The notes under the pieces were generated by a model that did not search any database, had not been told where the DNA came from, and was given only the letters and a program-made list of their open reading frames with translations. From a virus (taxonomy: Duplodnaviria; Caudoviricetes): a stretch of DNA of 49,082 nt. Every line of letters starts with the position of its first letter. Within the stretch, counting starts at the first letter, position 1. Below are positions 15,248-24,000 of the stretch, piece by piece. Location: the IMG/VR virus record IMGVR_UViG_3300032270_001256, positions 1 to 49,082 of that record. One strand, 5' to 3'. Made by a program: the position numbers and the translations under genes.

Positions 15248-15275
15248 AACCCGAACCAAACGACCCCGAACCCCG

Positions 15276-15539
15276 ATGACCACCAGCACCTACAACGGTT
15301 GGGCAAACTACCAGACCTGGAATGCTGCCCTTTGGATCGGCAACGATGAGTTCCTCTACAACACTGCCAAGGCCTGTGTAGAGTACTGCGGCACCGATGA
15401 GACCCCTTGGGAGAAGTTCGTCCGCTGTATGACCGATGGGCAGATCGGGCGGATGCTGGGGCAGACCCGCGATGGGGTCAAGTGGAACGATCCTGCCATT
15501 GATGAGGCAGAGATGGTTGAGATGATGGGCGAGCTCTAA
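15276..15539 (+). CDS. Conserved phage protein (YNGWANYQTWNAALWIGNDE motif)
   Basis: First ATG after the promoter. Confidence 0.75.
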   Translation: MTTSTYNGWANYQTWNAALWIGNDEFLYNTAKACVEYCGTDETPWEKFVRCMTDGQIGRMLGQTRDGVKWNDPAIDEAEMVEMMGEL

Positions 15540-15596
15540 GGGGTTTGCCCCCCCCCATCTGTGCTACAATTCACAAGTAACCAACCAACCAAACCG

Positions 15597-15863
15597 ATGG
15601 CACTCTACAACCAAGCATCCGACCTCGTGACCCGCCAGACCGTATGGATCGGAACCAAGGTGAGCAACCTTCCCAAATGGAACGGCGACGAATTGGTGGA
15701 AGCGGGCAAGGGGCAGGCAAACTCCCATACCCGTGACTGGCAGGATGATGGTCTGCCTGCTGCCGAGTTGGCGGATATGCACACAGACTACCGGGCGTGG
15801 TCTGGTCCTGGCAATCGGTACTATTGCAACCCTGAGGCACGGCGCCTCTCCTTCCCTGCCTGA
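15597..15863 (+). CDS. Hypothetical early protein
   Basis: First ATG after the promoter at 15558. Confidence 0.65.
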   Translation: MALYNQASDLVTRQTVWIGTKVSNLPKWNGDELVEAGKGQANSHTRDWQDDGLPAAELADMHTDYRAWSGPGNRYYCNPEARRLSFPA

Positions 15864-15872
15864 CCCACTCCC

Positions 15873-15907
15873 TGCCCCCTGCCCTTACGGGTGGGGGGCA
15901 TCCTTAT
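15873..15907 (+). terminator. GC-rich hairpin, possible terminator
   Basis: TGCCCCCTGCCC-ttac-GGGTGGGGGGCA; weak T tail. Confidence 0.45.
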
Positions 15908-16114
15908 GGGTTCGTGTTTGGCAGTTGTGCGGGGGTGCCGTCCCCCGTCGCCGCGCGGCGCGTTGAAAAACGCAACACTACCCTAACCTACAAAGTGTTA
16001 CCCAAGCGAGATAAGTATCAGGCACAATATAAAAAAATTTTTGCCATAAAAAAATCATTCCTCAAGTTTGATAATTCATATATAAGGTGAAAAAGCAAAA
16101 AATATTTCTTGCCA

Positions 16115-16291
16115 ATGAAAAAAAATTTCGGAGAAAATATTCAGCCCGTACAGGTCGATCCAATTACTGGAGAGTACTACGTCAATATTCCTGAATGGAT
16201 GATTAATGAACTCTCATGGTATGAGGATACAGAGGTAGAATTCAATCTAGATGGAAATGAGATTGTGATTACCGAACACGAGGTGGATTGA
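16115..16291 (+). CDS. AbrB/MazE-like small DNA-binding protein
   Basis: GEYYVNIPEWMINELSWYEDTEVEFNLDGNEIVIT. Confidence 0.6.
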   Translation: MKKNFGENIQPVQVDPITGEYYVNIPEWMINELSWYEDTEVEFNLDGNEIVITEHEVD

Positions 16292-16316
16292 CAATTGCTA
16301 CATAATACTGTATGAT
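16288..16316 (+). promoter_or_regulatory. Sigma70-type promoter
   Basis: TTGACA-17 bp-TATGAT. Confidence 0.8.
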
Positions 16317-16338
16317 ACTGAAGTAATTACACTCAATT

Positions 16339-17097
16339 ATGGCTAAAGGATTTACTGTTAAAGCAAAAGCACCCATCGCAAAAACTGCAGAACAAGAATG
16401 GGACTATGACTTGGCAAGACAAATGGTTCAAGGCAAATCGGTCGTTTTTTGCCTACCAGGAAGAGGAGTATCTTATACCTATCTGAAGAACTTCGTACAA
16501 CTCTGCTTTGATTTGGTTCAGGCAGGAGCAAGCATTCAGATTTCACAAGACTATTCTTCAATGGTGAACTTTGCACGTTGCAAATGTCTTGGAGCAAATG
16601 TACTACGCGGTCCTGATCAAATTCCCTGGGACGGCAAACTCAAATACGATTGGCAACTCTGGATCGATTCTGACATCGTATTCAATACTCAGCAATTCTT
16701 CCAACTGGTCCTGATGGATCGTGATATTGCATCTGGCTGGTACTGTACCGAAGATGGTAATACCACATCAGTCGCACACTGGATGGAAGAAGATGACTTC
16801 CGTAATAATGGTGGTGTAATGAATCACGAAACTCTTGAAACAATGAGTAAGCGTCGTAAGCCATTTACAGTTGATTATGCTGGATTTGGTTGGCTACTGA
16901 TCAAGAACGGAGTGTTCGAACATCCCGAAATGAAGTATCCTTGGTTTGCTCCTAAGATGCAAGTCTTTGAATCTGGTGAGGTTCAGGATATGTGTGGAGA
17001 AGACGTAAGCTTCTGTTTGGATGCAAAGGAAGCAGGATTCGAAATCTGGTGCGATCCTCGTATCAGAGTTGGTCACGAGAAGACACGAATTATCTAA
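16339..17097 (+). CDS. Glycosyltransferase-like (GT-A fold) conserved cyanophage protein
   Basis: LWIDSDIVF DxD motif, GFGWLLIK, GEDVSFC, C-terminal VGHEK. Confidence 0.75.
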   Translation: MAKGFTVKAKAPIAKTAEQEWDYDLARQMVQGKSVVFCLPGRGVSYTYLKNFVQLCFDLVQAGASIQISQDYSSMVNFARCKCLGANVLRGPDQIPWDGKLKYDWQLWIDSDIVFNTQQFFQLVLMDRDIASGWYCTEDGNTTSVAHWMEEDDFRNNGGVMNHETLETMSKRRKPFTVDYAGFGWLLIKNGVFEHPEMKYPWFAPKMQVFESGEVQDMCGEDVSFCLDAKEAGFEIWCDPRIRVGHEKTRII

Positions 17098-17103
17098 GGT
17101 TGA

Positions 17104-17283
17104 ATGTCTAACAATTCTACGAAATACAATATCATATGTAAGGGGCGTAAAATTTACTCCGATCTTACAGAAGAAGAATATTTCAATACAATGGAGGATC
17201 TGGCAATGGAATTCTATCAGTCAGGTTCTCCACATCCTGAAGAACTTGAAACTGAAATTATGGAGATTACTTATGGCAGTTAA
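17104..17283 (+). CDS. Hypothetical protein (59 aa, not in track)
   Basis: MSNNSTKYNIICKGRKIYSDLTEEEYF... Confidence 0.65.
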   Translation: MSNNSTKYNIICKGRKIYSDLTEEEYFNTMEDLAMEFYQSGSPHPEELETEIMEITYGS

Positions 17284-17416
17284 AAAATCACTGAGTGGCG
17301 CTAAGCTCATTGAGTCTCGTCCCAAAAACACTCGTCAAGGGTGTGGTTCTAATACTAAGTATGCCGCTACGTCTCGTAACAGAGCTCGTAAAAAGTATAG
17401 AGGTCAAGGAAAATAA
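17273..17416 (+). CDS. Small basic protein ending KKYRGQGK
   Basis: GGAG RBS; Lys/Arg rich. Confidence 0.7.
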   Translation: MAVKKSLSGAKLIESRPKNTRQGCGSNTKYAATSRNRARKKYRGQGK

Positions 17417-18016
17417 ATGTATCATTTGGATGGTCTTAGCGAATGGAATAGTATTCATCAAGAAGACCTCTGGATTTACAATAAATTATTTTTAAGTCGG
17501 GTTTTAGGTTATAACTGTGGTCCTGTTGGGACTCCGGTTCCTAAACCCGACTTTTATATTATCCGACCATCCTTTAATTTACTCGGTATGGGGCGCTTTG
17601 CTCGTCGAGAATATGTTAATAAATGGACCGATCATTTTCATCCATCAGAATTTTGGTGTGAAATCTTTGATGGAGAGCATTTAAGTGTTGATTTTAGAAA
17701 TGGAAAGGCAGAATTGGTAGTTAGAGGAGAAAAGAATCTTGATGATCCTCTTTACAAATGGAGAAAATGGGAAAAAATAAATCAAAAGATTGAATTCCCC
17801 TCAGTTTTATCAAAATTAAGAGGAAATTATGAATGGATTAACTGTGAATTTATTGATGGAAATCTAATCGAAGTTCATTTTCGCCAAAATCCCGACTTTA
17901 GATATGATAATACCATAGCAATACCGGTATGGAATGAAGAAAAAGTAGAAAATATGCAAGATTATACCTTCATAGAAGATAAAGATTACCATCGTAAAGG
18001 TTTTTATATAAAATAA
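17417..18016 (+). CDS. Hypothetical protein, possibly ATP-grasp-like
   Basis: YNKLFL, YIIRP..NLLGMG, WCEIFDGEHLSVDF, NCEFIDGNLIEVHFR resemble ATP-grasp motifs. Confidence 0.45.
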   Translation: MYHLDGLSEWNSIHQEDLWIYNKLFLSRVLGYNCGPVGTPVPKPDFYIIRPSFNLLGMGRFARREYVNKWTDHFHPSEFWCEIFDGEHLSVDFRNGKAELVVRGEKNLDDPLYKWRKWEKINQKIEFPSVLSKLRGNYEWINCEFIDGNLIEVHFRQNPDFRYDNTIAIPVWNEEKVENMQDYTFIEDKDYHRKGFYIK

Positions 18017-18058
18017 ATAACTTTTTACCGGAATTTGAGAGACTTGGAAAGATTTTCG

Positions 18059-18385
18059 ATGGGTAAACACCTTCTCTTAGAGGTGTATGATGTTAAATTC
18101 GATCTTCTAAATGATGGAATTGCCATTCAGGATGCAATGGAGCGCGGGATTAATCGCGCCGGAATGACAATTCTTAACATTTATCAACACTGCTTCATTC
18201 CACAGGGTGTTACCATCGTGATTGCACTCTCAGAAAGTCATGTTTCTTGTCATACCTGGCCAGAGGAAGGTACAATTGCCATCGATGCCTATACTTGTGG
18301 TACAGGAAATCCAAAATTAATCGTTCTGGAACTATTAAAATACTTGGATTCAAACAATTTTAAACTTCGGGAACTAGATCGTTAA
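18059..18385 (+). CDS. speD: S-adenosylmethionine decarboxylase proenzyme
   Basis: GKHLLLE, PQGVT, SESHVSCHTWPE, DAYTCG; the start could be the upstream TTG at 18044. Confidence 0.9.
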   Translation: MGKHLLLEVYDVKFDLLNDGIAIQDAMERGINRAGMTILNIYQHCFIPQGVTIVIALSESHVSCHTWPEEGTIAIDAYTCGTGNPKLIVLELLKYLDSNNFKLRELDR

Positions 18386-18452
18386 ATAGAAACAAGGAGA
18401 TAGCAACCTCCTTTATAAAAGTTCTGTTTTATTCATTAAAACAGGAGCTAAA

Positions 18453-18695
18453 ATGTCTAACTTACCAGTCGATAGAGACTCAGATTATATGAGAGAAATG
18501 TGGGGAACCTCAAAATTAATCACTGATTATGATTCAACACCTCCACAACGTGTAATTCAAGAGATTATGCACGATACGGCACCAAAACATAACTTCAAAA
18601 AGCAGATTGAATTGCACGAAAAGATTCGTAATGATGAAGATTATGATGATTGGTCATATGGAACCGAACCATCCTACGGATCACCCTGGAAATAA
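18453..18695 (+). CDS. Conserved cyanophage hypothetical protein
   Basis: AGGAG RBS. Confidence 0.75.
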   Translation: MSNLPVDRDSDYMREMWGTSKLITDYDSTPPQRVIQEIMHDTAPKHNFKKQIELHEKIRNDEDYDDWSYGTEPSYGSPWK

Positions 18696-18696
18696 C

Positions 18697-18704
18697 TATA
18701 AATA
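18697..18704 (+). promoter_or_regulatory. T4-type late promoter
   Basis: TATAAATA before gp25. Confidence 0.8.
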
Positions 18705-18725
18705 AAGGGAGAACTTTTTTGTCCG

Positions 18726-19127
18726 ATGGCAGTTCAAAGGATATCTAGATCATTTAAAGATATTAGTTTATCCTTTGAACCCCATCCGGTGACAAAGGAT
18801 TTACCAGTATTGCTTAATGAGAATGCGATTCGTAGATCCGTTAGAAATCTGGTAGAGACCGCACTTACCGAGAGATTTTTTAATTCATCTCTTGGATCAC
18901 AAGTTTATTCTAGTCTATTTGATTTCGTTGATTATGGTACTGCGACAAATATTCAGGCACAGGTTGAGGCAGTAATCACCAATTACGAGCCCAGAGTTAA
19001 TAATCTTCAGGTCTTAGTTGATCCACAACCAGATGATAATGCATTTTCAATCACTTTGATATTTGATATTGTCGGACAACAATTTCCAACACAAGAATTT
19101 TCATTCATATTAGAGGCAACAAGATAA
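18726..19127 (+). CDS. gp25: Baseplate wedge subunit gp25
   Basis: AIRRSVRNLV.T...ERFF, NYEPRV; position before gp6. Confidence 0.9.
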   Translation: MAVQRISRSFKDISLSFEPHPVTKDLPVLLNENAIRRSVRNLVETALTERFFNSSLGSQVYSSLFDFVDYGTATNIQAQVEAVITNYEPRVNNLQVLVDPQPDDNAFSITLIFDIVGQQFPTQEFSFILEATR

Positions 19128-19128
19128 A

Positions 19129-21057
19129 ATGCCTTTTACTAAGTTTACAAATCTAGATTTTGATCAGATAAAAGCGTCCATCAAAGACTATCTCCGTGCG
19201 AATTCTAATTTCACGGACTTTGACTTTGAAGGATCGAACTTTTCGATTCTGATCGATACGCTTGCCTATAATACCTATATCACAGCATTTAACTCGAATA
19301 TGATTGTGAACGAATCCTTCTTGGATTCGGCAACACTCAGAGAGAATGTTGTTTCTCTTGCAAGAAATATCGGTTACGTTCCACGCTCCAGGACCGCCTC
19401 TAAGGCACTTGTTTCTTTTGACGCGCAAATAGATGCAGCAGTCAGTAGTGCCACCCTCACGCTTCAGGCAGGTCTCGTATGCGTAGGAAGTGTTGACAAT
19501 ACCTCCTACATTTTTTCAATACCAGAAAACTATACGGCAAATATTACCAACTCAGTAGCTTCGTTCACAGATCTAGAAATTTATCAAGGAACCTTTCTTA
19601 AGAAGCAATTTGTAGTTGATGGGTCATTAGACCAGAGATTCATCATCGATAACCCATATGTTGATACATCGACTATTAGAGTTTATGTAAAGGGTCCTAC
19701 AGATAGTGGGAATGGAATTGAATATGCTCTTGCCGATAATATTTTTGATGTTAATGGAACTTCCAACATCTATTTGATTCAAGAAGTTCAGGATGAAAAG
19801 TATGAACTTCTGTTTGGTGATGGAGTTATTGGTAGAAAGTTAGAGAATAATTCTGTCATTACAGTATCATACATTGTTACTGACGGAACAGAAGGTAATG
19901 GTGCATCTAAATTTTCTTTCTCAGGAACATTCAGAGGTTCTTCAGATCAACCAATTACTTCCAATAATACTATTTCAATCACAACGGTCCAATCCTCCCA
20001 AAATGGTGGAGATATTGAATCGATTGATTCCATTAAATATTTTGCACCACGAATCTATTCAAGCCAATATAGAGCAGTAACCGCAAGAGATTATGAGGCA
20101 ATCATTAAATCAATCTATCCAGATACGGAATCAGTTTCCGTAATTGGTGGTGAAGATTTAGATCCACCAGAATATGGGACAGTATCAATTAGTATTAAAC
20201 CAAAGAATGGTACATTTGTTTCAGACTTTAATAAATCTCAAATCTTATTTAAATTGAAGCAATATTCCCTTGCAGGAATTAATCAAAAGATTATGGATCT
20301 CAAAATTCTCTATGTTGAGATCGATTCATCAATTTACTATAATTATTCTCAAGTTTCATCTGTAAATGATCTGAGAACGAAAGTTATTCAATCTTTGACA
20401 ACTTATTCAAATTCTGTTGATTTGAATAAATTTGGTGGCAGATTTAAGTACAGCAAAATTCAACAAATTATTGATAATACTGATGTAGCAATTACATCAA
20501 ATATTACCAAGATTAAAATCAGAAGAGATCTAAAGGCTCTTATAAATCAAGCAGTTCAATATGAATTGTGCTTTGGTAATAGATTGCATATTAATCCTTT
20601 GGGTTCTAATATTAAATCAACTGGATTTACGATTTCTGGACAGTCAGGAACAATCTATATTACGGATACTCCAAATAAAAATGTTGATGGAACTCTTGAC
20701 GGAAGCAATAAGGGAGTTTTGGCATTATTTAAGTATGACCAAAGTGGAAATGTTCAGATAATTTCCAAATCAGCTGGGTCCGTAGATTACTCAAAGGGTG
20801 AAATTATTCTTGGACTTCCCGAATATATTATTATTACATCAACAGAAAAAGGCAGCGATATAATTGAAATACAGGCATATCCAGAATCCAATGATATTAT
20901 TGGATTAAAAGATTTGTACATCTATTTTGATGTCACAAAAAGTTCAATAAATATGGTTAAAGATGTTATTGCATCTGGAGATAATATATCTGGCGTGACA
21001 TTCTCACAAGATTATTATACATCAAGTTATTCAAATGGAGATTTAACGAGGTCATAA
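19129..21057 (+). CDS. gp6: Baseplate wedge subunit gp6
   Basis: LDFDQIK, DFDFEGSN, NESFLDSATLRENVVSLARNIGY, RAVTARDY. Confidence 0.92.
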   Translation: MPFTKFTNLDFDQIKASIKDYLRANSNFTDFDFEGSNFSILIDTLAYNTYITAFNSNMIVNESFLDSATLRENVVSLARNIGYVPRSRTASKALVSFDAQIDAAVSSATLTLQAGLVCVGSVDNTSYIFSIPENYTANITNSVASFTDLEIYQGTFLKKQFVVDGSLDQRFIIDNPYVDTSTIRVYVKGPTDSGNGIEYALADNIFDVNGTSNIYLIQEVQDEKYELLFGDGVIGRKLENNSVITVSYIVTDGTEGNGASKFSFSGTFRGSSDQPITSNNTISITTVQSSQNGGDIESIDSIKYFAPRIYSSQYRAVTARDYEAIIKSIYPDTESVSVIGGEDLDPPEYGTVSISIKPKNGTFVSDFNKSQILFKLKQYSLAGINQKIMDLKILYVEIDSSIYYNYSQVSSVNDLRTKVIQSLTTYSNSVDLNKFGGRFKYSKIQQIIDNTDVAITSNITKIKIRRDLKALINQAVQYELCFGNRLHINPLGSNIKSTGFTISGQSGTIYITDTPNKNVDGTLDGSNKGVLALFKYDQSGNVQIISKSAGSVDYSKGEIILGLPEYIIITSTEKGSDIIEIQAYPESNDIIGLKDLYIYFDVTKSSINMVKDVIASGDNISGVTFSQDYYTSSYSNGDLTRS

Positions 21058-21058
21058 G

Positions 21059-24000
21059 ATGATAGAAACTGGTTTTGATGCTAGGGTAAAAGTTCAGCAA
21101 ATTGTAAAAAATCAACTACCAGAGTTTATATTAGACGAGAGCCCAAAATCTTCAGAATTTTTAAAGCAATACTACATCTCCCAAGAGTATCAGGGAGGTG
21201 CAGTTGATATTGCCGAGAATTTAGACCAATATTTAAAACTTGACAATCTTATCCCCGAAGTTGTTGTTGGAATTACTTCCCTTTCAACAGATCTATCAGT
21301 AACTTCTGGAATAGTTAGTGTAACAAGCACGAAAGGATATCCAAATCAATACGGACTTTTGAAGGTTGATGGTGAAATCATCACCTATACTGGAATTACC
21401 ACTAATACTTTCACTGGATGTATTAGGGGATTTAGTGGAATTACCAGCTATCATGCGCCAAATGAACAAGAGGAACTAGTATTCAGTCAAACTAATGCAT
21501 CCTCTCATACAGAAGGATCTAAGGTAGAGAACTTAAGTTCCTTATTTCTAAAAGAATTTTATAAGAAAATAAAATATACTTTTACTCCTGGACTTGAGGA
21601 TAAGGATTTTATTCCAGAATTGAAGGTTGGAAACTTTATAAAGCAAGCTAGAGATTTTTATAAGTCAAAAGGTACGGACCAATCATTTAGAATTCTTTTC
21701 AATATTCTTTATGGAGTAACTCCCAAAGTCATTGATCTAGAACAATTTCTAATTAAACCTTCCTCTTCTGTTTTTGTAAGAAGACAACTTGTTGTTGCAG
21801 AAAAGATTTCTGGAGATCCAAATAAACTTGTTGGACAGACAATTAGAAAATCAACCGATTATGGAACTAATGCTTCAGTTTCAGAAGTTGAAATTTTAAC
21901 TAGAAAAAATAAAGTTTATTATAAACTCGGTCTTTATGTTGGGTTTGACGAAAATACCCAGATTCAAGGTGACTTCAATATTTCACCAAAAACAAAAGTT
22001 GTAGAAAACGTATCTCCAGGAGCATCAGTTATTACTGTAGATTCTACAATTGGATTTACTACTTCTGGTACAATTGTATCTGGAAATAATGTTATTTCAT
22101 ATGCAGACAAGACTATTAATCAGTTCTTGGGATGCTCTAACGTAGAATATACAATTACAACTGCCGATGATATTAGATCGGATGAAGTTTATTATGGATT
22201 TGAGGATAATGATCTAACCAAAAAAGTTGAAATAAGAATCACTGGTGTCATTAGTGACTTTACAAATTTGAATGATTTTGGATTATCAATCGAAGGTGAG
22301 GAAATGAAAGTTTCCAATCTGGGTAAGATTATCAAAAATCCAGAATTAAATAAAACTTATACAGAGACTGTTGCCAATTCATTTATTTACAACACTAGCT
22401 CCAGATATTATGTAAATTATTCTTCCGGATCATTTAATACGAATAGCACGATTGATAAATCTAGTTTAATATCTGGTGATTCAATTGAGGTTCTAATCAG
22501 AGGATCTCAAACTGTAGTCTCATCACCAGTAACGACTGCAAGTGTTACTAGTATCTCTGGAAATACTATTAATGTTACAAATCTTTTAGATTTAAATAAT
22601 GAGACCTTTGATCCTACAGATCCAAATAAAGTATATTTTGGTAGAGATCTTGATATCAGAAGAAAAGTTAAAAAGGCAACTAGTTCTGGAGCATCTTTAG
22701 ATTATGGAAACAATACGTTATTATCAGATGTTCAAAACGTATATGATGATAATGATGGAAACCTATATGTAGCGTCAAATTCATTACCATCGTACAATAT
22801 AACACAAAATATATTTGAAATTGATATTCCTACGGCAAGTGACGCATATCTTCAGAACAAAGATATTAGCACTCAAAAATATTCAACAATTTCATTTGAC
22901 TTTTCCACTGGTTCCAGTAATGGTTCTAAAGGATTTACTCAAGTACCATTTTTAACTGGGGATAAGATTTTTTATTCTCCACAAGACATTCCTATTATTG
23001 GATTAGAAGAAGGATTTTATTATGTTGAAGTTGTTAGTCAGACAAATATTAGATTATATGCCTCACAATCATTTATTGTAACTGGCGATTATATTCCATT
23101 AGACATACCATTAAATGCGAATGGTTCGCACACATTTACTTTAGCGGATCAAAGAACTAAAAATATTTCTGCACAGAAGATATTAAGAAAAATTCCAGTT
23201 ACTGGATTGAATCCAACAGACTCTGGTAATGTTACAACTTCGGGTCCAATTGGAATACTAATTAATGGTGTTGAAATACAAAACTATAAGTCTTCAGACA
23301 AGATCTATTATGGACCTCTCGAATCCATCAATATCATAAATGGTGGCACTGGGTATGATGTTGTCAATCCACCAACACTAACTGTTGAGTCTGGAGTGGG
23401 AGTAACTGCTTTAGTCAATCCAATTATAGTTGGATCTATTGAAAAAATCTTTATTGATCCCCAAGATTTTGATTTGGATGTTGTTGTTTCTATTGCTGTT
23501 TCGGGAGGAAATGGTACTGGAGGAGTTTTTGAGCCAGTTTTAGAAAAGAGACGTAGATCAATTTATTTTGATGCTAGAGACACTGACAATTCTGGTGGAA
23601 TAGATTTAATAAATGAAACTATTACATTTAAAACTAATCACAATCTCAGAGATAGAGATGGGATAATTTATAGTCCGAATGGCAATTCACAAATAGGAAT
23701 TGCTACTTATGGAGGATCAAATGCAAGTTCTGGTTCTTACTTGAGAGACGGAACCATTTACTATGCAAAGGTTGTTAATTCCAAGACAATTCAATTATAT
23801 AATTCACTATCAGATTTTAATTCTGGTATTAATACAGTTGGTTTTACCACGATTAATACATATGGACTTCAAAAATTCCAAACTTTTGCATTAAAGAACA
23901 CTTTATCCCAAATTAAAGTAGTTGATGGTGGAAGTGGATATTCTAACAGAAAAGTAATCGTAAATCCAACAGGAATATCTACATTTGATAATACTATTAA

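Noticed and set aside
6389-15596. Upstream start codons given in the ORF track for 6389, 8939, 12345, 13407, 15237 and 15561
   Set aside because: These extensions run through the promoter elements; the first ATG downstream of each -10 box was used instead
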